Of a stretch of 64,000 nt of DNA, positions 29,314 to 39,266 are shown piece by piece. How positions within the stretch are numbered: position 1 is the stretch's first letter; every line of letters begins with the position of its first letter. The position numbers and the translations under genes are program-made. The notes beneath the pieces were generated by a model, which did not search any database, had not been told where the DNA came from, and was given only the letters and a program-made list of their open reading frames with translations. This DNA comes from Candidatus Micrarchaeota archaeon (lineage in GTDB: Archaea; Micrarchaeota; Micrarchaeia; Anstonellales; JAHKLY01). The stretch lies in NCBI GenBank assembly GCA_020854825.1, contig JAHKLY010000002.1, forward strand, positions 64,001 to 128,000, written 5' to 3'.

Positions 29314-30012
29314 TTAATTTATAGTTCTTTTCTTTAAATGTTTAGGCATTTTTTCAATAGCATATCTTAAAGCGGTTCTTGGCATCTTATGTTTATTTTT
29401 CATTACATATTCAAAAACTTGTTTTTGATCTTGATCTGCGCCTACTTTAAGCGCCCAGCCATATGCTTTTTGTACTAGATATTCTTTGTCCTGCAATAAA
29501 ATATCAGATATTTCAAAAATAGTTTTTAAGAATTTTTTATCTTTTCTTACAGGAAGAATAAGAGAAACAGCTGATGCTCTTTTCATCCACATATTTTTAT
29601 GTTTTGCCCATTTTTTTAAATGTTTTACATATTTCGGATATTCTAAAATAAAATAACCCATTGTATGACAGCAGAAATCATCACATTTTGCCCAATTATT
29701 TACATATTTATTTATCCATCTTTCAAATATTTTAAAATCTTGTTCTGTTATTTGTTTTTTTCTTTTATATATCCATTGAAAAACGATAAATGTTTCTTCA
29801 ATTGATTTTGTTTTTAATAGTTCTTCACATTTCTTATAAAATTCCTTTTTATCTAATTCTTTAATATCTTTAAAATATCCATTAGCTATTTTTCTTACAA
29901 TAGGAACTCTAACTCCGTGTGCTTTTATTTTATGTCCAAATGCACGATGTAAATTATTTCTATATTTTATATCAATATTTTTTCCTAATTCTTTTTGTAT
30001 TTGTTTTAACAT
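29314..30012 (-). CDS. DNA alkylation repair protein (AlkD-like HEAT repeat)
   Basis: GVRVP..RK, NNWAKCD, WMKRASAV, VQKAYGWALK, MPRTALRYAIEK. Confidence 0.88.
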   Translation of the reverse strand: MLKQIQKELGKNIDIKYRNNLHRAFGHKIKAHGVRVPIVRKIANGYFKDIKELDKKEFYKKCEELLKTKSIEETFIVFQWIYKRKKQITEQDFKIFERWINKYVNNWAKCDDFCCHTMGYFILEYPKYVKHLKKWAKHKNMWMKRASAVSLILPVRKDKKFLKTIFEISDILLQDKEYLVQKAYGWALKVGADQDQKQVFEYVMKNKHKMPRTALRYAIEKMPKHLKKRTIN

Positions 30013-30130
30013 ACTTTATACCTCATGTTATACTTATCCAGTATATACTAGAATGCATAACCTTTATATACTCTACGATACATTGGATATATATAAATAA
30101 TAGAAATATTATAAAATATGAGGTGATTTT

Positions 30131-30370
30131 GTGGTTAATATAAATTTAGGAGCCCCATACGAAGCAATAATTAAAAGAATAATTGAAAAAGAATATGCAG
30201 GAAACCAAACAGAAGTTATAAGACAAGCACTTGTAGAATATGAGAATAAGATACAAGATGATGAAGCAGAAGTAATTAATCGATTTATTGAAGATAGAAG
30301 AAGAAAAATAAATTCTGGAGAATTAAAACTAATCTCAGCAGAAGAAATTAAAAAGAAATATAAGTTGTGA
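30131..30370 (+). CDS. ribbon-helix-helix antitoxin (ParD/CopG-like)
   Basis: YAGNQTEVIRQAL RHH pattern; directly upstream of a RelE-like gene. Confidence 0.7.
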   Translation: MVNINLGAPYEAIIKRIIEKEYAGNQTEVIRQALVEYENKIQDDEAEVINRFIEDRRRKINSGELKLISAEEIKKKYKL

Positions 30371-30374
30371 TTTC

Positions 30375-30635
30375 ATGGAATTATTATTTACTGAAGAAGC
30401 TAAAGAAGATCTTCTAAAACTTGATAAATATGAACAAAAAATATTTATGAAACACGCTGAAAAAATTTTAATTTATGAAAATCGAAAACATTTGAAACAT
30501 GGTGTTCCACTTTATGTTGAAAAAGTTTCAAAACAAGCTAGGATAATTTACGATATTCAAAAAGAAAAATTAATAATATTAAAAATTTGTGCAACACATA
30601 AAGAGTATGAAAAGATATATAATGAATTTAGATAA
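30375..30635 (+). CDS. RelE/ParE-family toxin
   Basis: FTEEAKEDL N-terminus, RIIYDI...IILKIC.TH C-terminus; 86 aa. Confidence 0.7.
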   Translation: MELLFTEEAKEDLLKLDKYEQKIFMKHAEKILIYENRKHLKHGVPLYVEKVSKQARIIYDIQKEKLIILKICATHKEYEKIYNEFR

Positions 30636-31704
30636 TCTGGATATCTAAACATATTTGAAAAACATTGGGTGCATAAGGCCTAACTAGTTTTTTATTTAAT
30701 AATTTAGTTTTAAATCCATATTTTTTAGCTATTATTTCAACTTTTTTTATTTTTCTTTCAAATGGGTATTCTTTAGAATCAAACGCATTTAAATGCTGTG
30801 CATTTAAATATTCGCCAGCTTTGCTGTCGAAAGCATAGATATGTAAAATAGTTCCTGTTTTAGCGCATTTTAAAACATAAGGTAAAAAATCTAGTGCATT
30901 TTTAGGTAAAGGCATAATTATTCTGTCTGCCCATTTTTTAAATTCAGGATATTTTTCAACTATTTTTGAAGCATCTCCTAAAAGCGCTTTACAATTATTT
31001 AATTTATTTAATTTTATATTTTCTTCAAAATATTTTACTGCTTCAGGATTTAATTCAATACCCACTACTTTTGTTTTTGGATTTTTTTTTGCAATTGTAA
31101 TTGCAAACGGACCGTATCCTGCAAATGGTACTAAAATGTTTTCATTTCGCCCAGATTGTTCTGCAATACGTTTTCTATCTGTTGATAATTTAGTTGAATA
31201 AAACATATTAGAAATATCTAATTTAAATAAACAGCTATTTTCTTTATAAGTAGTAACAAAATTTTTTTCTCCAGTAATAACTTTTACTTTTCTTATTCTA
31301 AATTTACCAGACATCCCTGTTTCTTTTTTTAATACTGTTTTAATATTTTTATGCATCTGCATTACTGCATTACCAATTTGTTGTTCATATTTTTCTAATG
31401 AGTTGGGTATTTCTATAATTGCAATAGTATTTAAAACTTCAAAAGATGAAACTAATTCATTTAATTCTTTTTCATTCATTAAATTTTTTAAAATATCTTT
31501 TATATTTTTAGGTTTTTTTTCTCTTTTTTTAAGCGCTTTATTTATGATCTCAATTCCTTTAGGTATTTTATCTGGTATTTTCCTAAGCGCAAAATAAATA
31601 TATTTTTTTCCTTTTTCAGGTAAATAATTATAAGTAATATATGTATCAAATTTTTTTCGTATTATCTCAGCGCGCTTTAAAGGAATTTTTAAACATTTTA
31701 CCAT
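30628..31704 (-). CDS. Trm5/TYW2 (Met-10+-like) tRNA methyltransferase
   Basis: FAGYGPFAI, IELNPEA, ADRIIMPLP, VRPYAP. Confidence 0.88.
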   Translation of the reverse strand: MVKCLKIPLKRAEIIRKKFDTYITYNYLPEKGKKYIYFALRKIPDKIPKGIEIINKALKKREKKPKNIKDILKNLMNEKELNELVSSFEVLNTIAIIEIPNSLEKYEQQIGNAVMQMHKNIKTVLKKETGMSGKFRIRKVKVITGEKNFVTTYKENSCLFKLDISNMFYSTKLSTDRKRIAEQSGRNENILVPFAGYGPFAITIAKKNPKTKVVGIELNPEAVKYFEENIKLNKLNNCKALLGDASKIVEKYPEFKKWADRIIMPLPKNALDFLPYVLKCAKTGTILHIYAFDSKAGEYLNAQHLNAFDSKEYPFERKIKKVEIIAKKYGFKTKLLNKKLVRPYAPNVFQICLDIQII

Positions 31705-31767
31705 ATAAAAATTATTTCATTAAATATTAAAAAACCTTCTAATTTTAATTATTAAAAGGAGATAAAA

Positions 31768-32466
31768 ATGAAAATAGATACATGTATTCCTACTGAATTA
31801 CCGCATGATGAAACACGAATAATGAGGTTTCCACCTTCAGTGCAAGTTTTAATAGATACGGAGCATAAAATGGCTAAAATTCATAAACCAAGGAGTCCTA
31901 AAATACCTAAAAACGTTCTTAAGGTCTCTTTTCTATCTACAGTAATGATGGGAATCGGTTTAAGTGCAGGTATAAATTTTGCTTATGCAGATGCAAAATC
32001 AATTGAAACTAAAAATATATTCTTCTCTGAGATCATAGAAAAGGATCAGAACTCAAATTATTTTTTTAAAGCAGATGAAGACAAGATAAAAAGTTCCAAA
32101 CAAACTAAAGTAAGTCATACTTATGAGTTAAATCAAAATTATAAAACAGAAAGTCTTTTGACTACTTTTAGAAAACAATTTTTGGAATTCTTTGGTAAAA
32201 CAGAAAAAGCTGAGAACGTAGTTCCATTAAAGATTATACTCACAGAGAAGTATAATAAAATGAATAAAAAACAAAAAGACTTATTTATGGGTGCAATTCT
32301 TGTAGTTGTAGTAGCATTATTTAGTATTATAAAACATATTCTGAATAGAGTAGGGGGAATACCAGTATCAGATACTGACAGGAGACCCATGTGGATACAA
32401 GAAATAGACTCTGGGGTTGGTTCACCAAGACCAGGTGAATGGAATAGTAATGACTATTCTGATTGA
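31768..32466 (+). CDS. hypothetical membrane protein
   Basis: Two hydrophobic segments; GGAG SD. Confidence 0.55.
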   Translation: MKIDTCIPTELPHDETRIMRFPPSVQVLIDTEHKMAKIHKPRSPKIPKNVLKVSFLSTVMMGIGLSAGINFAYADAKSIETKNIFFSEIIEKDQNSNYFFKADEDKIKSSKQTKVSHTYELNQNYKTESLLTTFRKQFLEFFGKTEKAENVVPLKIILTEKYNKMNKKQKDLFMGAILVVVVALFSIIKHILNRVGGIPVSDTDRRPMWIQEIDSGVGSPRPGEWNSNDYSD

Positions 32467-32716
32467 AGGTAATTTCTGTTTATATTTAAGTTTATGTTGT
32501 TTCCATATTTGAAAGAATATTTTCAAATTTTTTTGTATTATTAAAGCTGATTCTTTTATACAGTAAAAAAGAGTATGAAGTGGATTATATCATATTAAAG
32601 AAATTATCTAACCACTAATTAAGTATTTTGTATATAATATCAGTACTCCAGGTTCTGAGAACTATTAATATAGTAGTTTAAAGTTATCTGAAATTTTTTA
32701 CGCTTTTGTAAGATAA

Positions 32717-32752
32717 CTGATTAAATTATAAAGGATCTGATTAAATTATAAA
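32717..32752. repeat. tandem 16-bp direct repeat CTGATTAAATTATAAA (20-bp period)
   Basis: Exact copies at 32717-32732 and 32737-32752. Confidence 0.8.
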
Positions 32753-32788
32753 TATTTTTTAACAAACTTAAACGTTTTAAAGATAATA

Positions 32789-32879
32789 TTAACGTATTTT
32801 ACATAAAAGATGTAATAAAAGTTAAATATATATAGAAAATATTTAACCTATTTTACACAAAAGGTGTAATAATAGTTAA
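32789..32879. promoter_or_regulatory. two 37-bp imperfect palindromic operators upstream of the wHTH/nucleotidyltransferase pair
   Basis: TTAACNTATTTTACAYAAAAGRTGTAATAAWAGTTAA at 32789-32825 and 32843-32879. Confidence 0.7.
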
Positions 32880-32910
32880 CTTTAAAAACTATTGCACCTT
32901 AAATAATTAT

Positions 32911-33762
32911 ATGGAATTAAAGTTAACCAAAGCAGAACTAAAAGTATGCTTTAAAATATATGATTTAAACAAAACACTTTCTGCATCAGAATTAGCAGAT
33001 GCTTTGAATATAAAAAAGAGTTTCTTAAGTAGAATATTAAAAAAACTATTAAAAAAAGGATTCATAGATATAATAAAAGAAGGAACAAAAAAACAAATTT
33101 CACAATCAAAAGAACTACACTCAAAGAAATTAAAGGATTTGTATAATTCTACTCATAAAGCCAATATAGAAAAATGGCTTTCAGGTTCTGCATTAGATGT
33201 GTTAATAACTTTACAAAATAATAATCTAAAATTTCTTGAACTGGAAGCGGATTGTTCAAAAAAGCAAATATATAATACATTGAATAAACTTTACTCTGCA
33301 GGAGCAATAAATAAAGATAGAAATTTTTATATTTCCAATCCATTAGTACTGTCTTTTGTAGAAGCTTATGCTTTATTTGTGGCTGAAAAAACAGCAAATA
33401 TAAAAGAGAGAATTAGAAAACATTGTTTTGTTGTATCCAAAACTGAGCTTTCTTTAGCTGAAACAGGGTTAAGTTTTTTATTAGAGCATGGACTTGAAGC
33501 AATTTTGATAAATAATTACTATTATTTTAATTTAGGCAAGAAGAGTAGGAAAATAGATATAAATGATGCTTTTGTTCATGCACTTTTATTCTCAAAATAC
33601 CAAGTACAGGACAGGACATTACTTGCTCATTTTTATTTAAAAAACCGCAGAAAATTAAGTATTATTGAAATACGGAAATATGCAGAGCAGTTAAATCTAG
33701 AAACAGAGTTAAAAAGTACTCTTTTAATTGTTTCCAATTATGAAAAACTAAGAGGAATTTAA
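32911..33762 (+). CDS. double winged-HTH regulator, AbiEi-like antitoxin candidate
   Basis: LSASELADALNIKKSFLSRILKKLLKKGFI HTH and a second HTH (CSKKQIYNTLNKL). Confidence 0.7.
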   Translation: MELKLTKAELKVCFKIYDLNKTLSASELADALNIKKSFLSRILKKLLKKGFIDIIKEGTKKQISQSKELHSKKLKDLYNSTHKANIEKWLSGSALDVLITLQNNNLKFLELEADCSKKQIYNTLNKLYSAGAINKDRNFYISNPLVLSFVEAYALFVAEKTANIKERIRKHCFVVSKTELSLAETGLSFLLEHGLEAILINNYYYFNLGKKSRKIDINDAFVHALLFSKYQVQDRTLLAHFYLKNRRKLSIIEIRKYAEQLNLETELKSTLLIVSNYEKLRGI

Positions 33763-33763
33763 A

Positions 33764-34510
33764 ATGCAAAAAAGATTTGGAAAAACAGAACTTAATAATT
33801 TTTTCAATGAAATTGGGGAAAATCTGTCTGAAAAAACAACAGTTTACTTATTGGGTGGGGAAGCTATGTGTTTTAGAAATCAAAAAAGTACAACAAAAGA
33901 TTTAGATCTGCTTTTTAAAGATAGTAAATCTTATAATAAATTTATACAAAATTTAGAGAATCTGAATTTTAAAAAACAGAATTTGATTTCAAGAGTATAT
34001 ATAAATATGGAAGCAAATAGTATTTGGGATCATATTTCTGGGTTTAGACTTGATTTGTTTGTTGGTTCTGTTTGTCATAAATTATTTTTATCTGATAGTA
34101 TGATACAACGTTCAAAACTTCTTAAACAATACGGAAATTTAAATGTGTATATTATGTCTAATGAAGACATTATCCTTCTTAAAGCAGTAACTGAACGAAT
34201 AGATGATACTGCAGATATTGCTTCAATCACCCATTCTACAGAAGTAAATTGGGAGATAGTTTTAGAAGAGTGTGAGGTTCAAAGTAAAAATAGGTTTTGG
34301 TACGGTGAATTATTGAATAAATTTTATGAATTAAAAGAATCATTTGGTATAAATCCGCAAATTATCCCAAAAATTGAAGAATTATATCAAAATGCTCTTA
34401 TCAAAGATAAAATCAATGAATTAAAAGATAAAGGGTATTCAAAAAAGCAAATAAAAAAGGAGTTAAAAGATAGGAGATTTACTGATAGTGAAATAGAAGG
34501 TGCCTTTTGA
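33764..34510 (+). CDS. nucleotidyltransferase, AbiEii/DUF6036-like toxin candidate
   Basis: LLGGEAM...TTKDLDL...RLDLF...EDIILLK...R.DD..D Pol-beta-like NTase motifs. Confidence 0.75.
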   Translation: MQKRFGKTELNNFFNEIGENLSEKTTVYLLGGEAMCFRNQKSTTKDLDLLFKDSKSYNKFIQNLENLNFKKQNLISRVYINMEANSIWDHISGFRLDLFVGSVCHKLFLSDSMIQRSKLLKQYGNLNVYIMSNEDIILLKAVTERIDDTADIASITHSTEVNWEIVLEECEVQSKNRFWYGELLNKFYELKESFGINPQIIPKIEELYQNALIKDKINELKDKGYSKKQIKKELKDRRFTDSEIEGAF

Positions 34511-37351
34511 TCACATTAATTTTATAGCTGGTTTCATTGGCAATGCAGAATGCGCTTTGGAATCATCTGATTCTTTTTCTAAATAAACTTCTATTTCACA
34601 GTTAAAGCGCTCTTTTAAGAAATCTTGCGCTTCTGAAATTATTTCAAATTCAGGAAGGCGCGTTATATTGTTATAAGTATTTATTTTTTTCATATTTCTT
34701 TTTAAAAATCCAGCAATATCTTTTTTATGTTCTTTTAAAGAATCTATTTCATCAGCTTTTTTCATTACTGTTCCAATATCAATTTTATCCATTTTTAATG
34801 CTGTTTTAATTAATTCCCATTTCCAGTCTGAAGCAATAAATATTTTTATCATTGTTGGTTTATCTATCTCAGTTAATTTTTGTATTTCTTGAATATCATC
34901 CATAATTTGTTTTAAATAATCTTCATCGTCTATCTCATTTACCTCTATTTTTTCAACTTCTGGAAGTTTTTGTTCGCATAATAATGAATTTTCTTTTAAT
35001 ATTTCATTCCAAATTTCTTCAGCAAAATGAGGAGTGAATGGAGATATTAATTTAATAATTATTCTAACAGTTTCTTGTAATAATTCTTTGTTCCTTCCTT
35101 TTCTTTTTAAATACCAATCAACATCATTAAAAATATTATAAAAAGCAATATCTGTTGCTTTTTTTAATTCAAATTGATCAATAAACATAGAATATTGGTA
35201 GATATAATATTCTAGTTTATTTTTAAGCCATTTATCAATTCTTTTAGATTTTACTTCTAATGGGGTATTGTTTAAATCTTCAAACCAGAAATAAATTTTT
35301 TCTAATCTTTGTTTGTATTTTTCTATTTCTTGTTCATCAAATGCTACATCAACATAAGGAGATGAAACATTAGCATAAAATAATCTCATTGGATCTGCCC
35401 CATATTTTTCTAAAACTTTAGGTACAGGTAATACACCCCCCTTAGATTTAGATAATTTATTTCCTCCTTTTCCAGTTATCCAATAATTTACATATATTCC
35501 TTTTGGCCATTTATCTTTTGGTAAAATAGCAACGTGATTTTTTATAAATGGAGGGAAATGAACTGTTTTATGCTCTTTTCCCCCTAAATTAATATCTAAA
35601 GGATACCAATAATCGACATTTTTCTTTATTTTTTCTGTTAAGTCATTAGGCATACCTGATTTTGATGCTTCTTGTACTGATCCTTTATTTAAATAAATAT
35701 AATCAAAAAATTCTAAACTTAACCATTCTGGATTTATTTCTTTTTGATATTTAGAAACTAAATAAAATATAGGATATAAGGTAGAATCTGAGATTGCTTC
35801 TATTGTATATTTATCATCAAATGGAAAAGTTGTTCCCATCCATCTTCCTAATCTTGCACAAGGTCTTTCTTTAAACCATTCTAAAGTATTTGCAATATTA
35901 TTGTTGTATTCTTCAGGTTTAATATTCATATTTTTTGAATGTTCTATTGAATCATTATTTAACCAATCTTTTCCATAGTCGATAAACCATTGGTTTTCTA
36001 CTTTTTTAATAACAACTTGACCTCCACATCTACAAATAACTTCTTCTGATAAGTCATAAAAAATATCTGCTTCTCCTGCAGATAGCAGTTCTTCTTTAAT
36101 TTTATCTTTTGCTTCTTCAACTTTCATTCCTTTATATTTCCCACAAGTGTTAATCATAGTTCCTGAATAAAAACCAGATTTATAAACTTCTTTTTTAGCT
36201 TCTTCTAATTTTGGATCTTTTTGATTTTGAATATTTAATTTTTCACATATTTCAACTGCGGGTGATTCTTTAAAACCAGGAGTTTTAATAATAGGAATTA
36301 CTTTTATTTGTTTAAGTTTTTCATAATCTAAATTATATTTATCACATAATTCTTTATTTTTTTGTAAGTCATATAATCCCATCCAATCATGAGGTGCATC
36401 TGATGGGACAGATGTAACAATCCCTGTTCCTATTGTGGGATCACAGAATTCAGAAGGTAAAATAATTATTTCTTTATGTATCATTGGTGCTTCAGCATAT
36501 TTTCCAAGTAACTCTTGTCCATTTATTTCCCCTATCTCTCTTATGTCTTGTTTTTGATATTTAATTTTTTCAGCACATTGTTTTGAACATATCCAAGGTT
36601 CATTTTCAACTTGAATTATTGAATATTCTTGATTAGGATCCACCCAAAGATTTGTTTGTCCAAAAACAGTTTCAGGTCTTAATGTTGCTGCTATTATGAA
36701 CATATCTTTATTGTCATATGTAAATTTGAATTTTAATAATGTGTATTCATTTTTTTCAGCTTTTCCTCCTTTTGAAATATCTGCTTCTGAAGGATCAACT
36801 GCTACTGGTCCGCAGTTTACACAAAAAGTAGCATAGTATGGTTTTTGTATTAATAATCCGTTTTCATATAATTTATGGAATTGCCAAGTTATAAATTTAT
36901 TATAAATTGAATCAATAGTTTTGACAAAACTTCTTGTATCTAAAATTAAACCAAATTTTTTGAAAGTTTCTAAATAATTGTTTGCAAAAAATTCAGCATA
37001 ACCTTCAGGAGTTTTCATTTTTTCTAATTCCTTATCTGATATTCCTGCTTCTTTTAGATATGTAATGTATTCTTGATTTCCTTCTGTTATTTTTTGAGCT
37101 TTAGCTATTGCTCCATTTCCAGTTACATGTAATCCAATGGGAAAACATACATTTTTTCCTTGTAATTTTTTAAATCTTACAATTGCATCTGCATATGTAA
37201 ATCCTCTCATATGCCCAGTATGTAAAAATCCTGTTGGGTATGGATAAGCAAAAATAAGCATAAATTTTTCTTTTTCATTAGGTTCAGTAAATGCTATTTT
37301 AGTTTCTAACCATTTTTTTTGCCATTTTTCTTCTATCTCTTGAAAATTCAT
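34511..37351 (-). CDS. leuS: leucine--tRNA ligase (archaeal type)
   Basis: AYPYP.G.LHTGH, ATLRPET, GTGIVTSVPSDAPHD editing domain, KLSKS. Confidence 0.95.
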   Translation of the reverse strand: MNFQEIEEKWQKKWLETKIAFTEPNEKEKFMLIFAYPYPTGFLHTGHMRGFTYADAIVRFKKLQGKNVCFPIGLHVTGNGAIAKAQKITEGNQEYITYLKEAGISDKELEKMKTPEGYAEFFANNYLETFKKFGLILDTRSFVKTIDSIYNKFITWQFHKLYENGLLIQKPYYATFCVNCGPVAVDPSEADISKGGKAEKNEYTLLKFKFTYDNKDMFIIAATLRPETVFGQTNLWVDPNQEYSIIQVENEPWICSKQCAEKIKYQKQDIREIGEINGQELLGKYAEAPMIHKEIIILPSEFCDPTIGTGIVTSVPSDAPHDWMGLYDLQKNKELCDKYNLDYEKLKQIKVIPIIKTPGFKESPAVEICEKLNIQNQKDPKLEEAKKEVYKSGFYSGTMINTCGKYKGMKVEEAKDKIKEELLSAGEADIFYDLSEEVICRCGGQVVIKKVENQWFIDYGKDWLNNDSIEHSKNMNIKPEEYNNNIANTLEWFKERPCARLGRWMGTTFPFDDKYTIEAISDSTLYPIFYLVSKYQKEINPEWLSLEFFDYIYLNKGSVQEASKSGMPNDLTEKIKKNVDYWYPLDINLGGKEHKTVHFPPFIKNHVAILPKDKWPKGIYVNYWITGKGGNKLSKSKGGVLPVPKVLEKYGADPMRLFYANVSSPYVDVAFDEQEIEKYKQRLEKIYFWFEDLNNTPLEVKSKRIDKWLKNKLEYYIYQYSMFIDQFELKKATDIAFYNIFNDVDWYLKRKGRNKELLQETVRIIIKLISPFTPHFAEEIWNEILKENSLLCEQKLPEVEKIEVNEIDDEDYLKQIMDDIQEIQKLTEIDKPTMIKIFIASDWKWELIKTALKMDKIDIGTVMKKADEIDSLKEHKKDIAGFLKRNMKKINTYNNITRLPEFEIISEAQDFLKERFNCEIEVYLEKESDDSKAHSALPMKPAIKLM

Positions 37352-37403
37352 AGAAAAAATTTACACCACAACATTTTAAAAACTCATCTTCTTAATATCG
37401 GCT

Positions 37404-39254
37404 ATGAAAAAAATAATTTTAAGTTCATTTATATTAGTATTATTAGTATTTTTTGTTTATTCAGATTATTGTGGAAGTAGAAGTATTAATTTAACTGATA
37501 ATACCCCAATTATTATTACTTTAAGGGATTGTTCTGACCCAGATGCTTTTTCAGAAATTTATGGTTCATCTAGAATTATTTCAAGTGAAAATTCACATAT
37601 AGGGAATGGGACTTCTTGCCCAACAAATTTACGGTTTTGTGCAGTAGCACGAAGTAATACTTCAGAATACGTAAATATTACTTTAACAAGATTTTTGAAT
37701 GGGAGTGAAACAATAGAAACAATTACAAGAGAAGTTAGAATTGATCCCGAAACAAAAATAAATAGGACATGTTTTAATGAAACTAAAAGTGCATCAGTAG
37801 GACAAGTTTGGATAATGCGCTCTAATTCATCTTTTTATGATTCTGATGAAGGTGAATTAAAAGAATCTGATGTTTCAGAAGTCCATGCAACAATTGTTGA
37901 TTGTTATGATCCTGATTATTGTAATTTACATATATCTACAGAATCAAGAACATGTGTTGATGGTTTTATTAATTTTAAAGGAAAAGTTACAAAAACAAGA
38001 GGAAGTGGTATAAGTGCATATTCTGGTGCAAGAATATTTTTAGGGGATGAAGAAGTAACAGAAACAAATTCTTCTGGTTGGTATGAATTTAGTACTATAG
38101 CAGAAACAAGAACGTATTTGATAACAGCTTCAACTTCAGATTGCGGTTCTGATACAATTAGTTACTCAATTTCAACAGAAGATTTAGAGGAATGTGTTAG
38201 TAGTACTAAAATTTTAAATTATAATATTACAGAAGTTATTTGTCATCCTCCAATTTGTATTGCAGATCTTATTTTTAATGTATATGATAATGAAACAAGG
38301 GAGCCTATCGAAGGTGTTTTTGTACAAATTTCAACAATTGGAGATGACACATATATACCAAATTTTTCAAATTCAGAGGGAAAAGTTTTGTTTTTAGAGG
38401 TTCCGTATATATTTGGAGAAAATAATTCATTTGTAATATCCTCTCCTGAGGAAAGCATTCCATTTTCTAATGGATATACAAATGTAATTGTTGGAACTAT
38501 AAATATATCTTCAGATGAATCATCAGAAGATTCCTGTATGGTTCCTTGTTTTTTATGTAGAGTGATAGGATATGAAGGGTGTGATCCAACTTGTGATTTA
38601 GGAATTGGTTTTGATTGTTGTTGTAATTATTGTGATCCAGATGAGTTAGTATGTGTGGAATGTTTTGGAGAGGGGATGATTTGTACTTCCACAGAATGTT
38701 GTGAAGGTTTAGATTGTATTGGGGGAGAGTGTATTTATTGTACTCCTAATTTACCTTGTGAAGATAATTATGACTGTTGTGGAGGAACTTGTTATGACGG
38801 AACTTGTTATGGTTGTGCAAGTCCAGATTGTTTAGATGAAGAGGAGTTAAATGAAGATGAGGATCCAAATAATATAATTTCCCCAATTGAAGATGATGAA
38901 TCTTGGTTAGATTCAATTTTATGGTTATGGGATGAAGGCCCATTAATTGGAGAGTATGATGAAGATGGATTTTTAAATATAAATTTTTCATTAAGAAGTG
39001 GATGTTCTGGGTTATTTATTATTATTGATAATTGGATATTCTGTGATTTGCTATGGATATTACTTTTAATTTTATCTTTAATTGCAGCATATAAGTATAA
39101 AGAGTATCCTCTTAAAAAGAAAATCTCATTAATTGTTTTTATCATACCTATAGGCATAGGATTTTTAACTTATGTGTGGATAGGTATAATAGCAGCAATA
39201 TTTGAAATAGTATTAGCATTAGTTCATCCAATAGAGGATGAGAAGATTAAGTAA
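37404..39254 (+). CDS. Cys-rich surface protein with signal peptide and C-terminal TM anchors
   Basis: N-terminal signal peptide, beta-rich domains, dense CC/CxxC cluster, acidic linker, 2-3 TMs. Confidence 0.7.
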   Translation: MKKIILSSFILVLLVFFVYSDYCGSRSINLTDNTPIIITLRDCSDPDAFSEIYGSSRIISSENSHIGNGTSCPTNLRFCAVARSNTSEYVNITLTRFLNGSETIETITREVRIDPETKINRTCFNETKSASVGQVWIMRSNSSFYDSDEGELKESDVSEVHATIVDCYDPDYCNLHISTESRTCVDGFINFKGKVTKTRGSGISAYSGARIFLGDEEVTETNSSGWYEFSTIAETRTYLITASTSDCGSDTISYSISTEDLEECVSSTKILNYNITEVICHPPICIADLIFNVYDNETREPIEGVFVQISTIGDDTYIPNFSNSEGKVLFLEVPYIFGENNSFVISSPEESIPFSNGYTNVIVGTINISSDESSEDSCMVPCFLCRVIGYEGCDPTCDLGIGFDCCCNYCDPDELVCVECFGEGMICTSTECCEGLDCIGGECIYCTPNLPCEDNYDCCGGTCYDGTCYGCASPDCLDEEELNEDEDPNNIISPIEDDESWLDSILWLWDEGPLIGEYDEDGFLNINFSLRSGCSGLFIIIDNWIFCDLLWILLLILSLIAAYKYKEYPLKKKISLIVFIIPIGIGFLTYVWIGIIAAIFEIVLALVHPIEDEKIK

Positions 39255-39266
39255 AAGGTGGTATTA

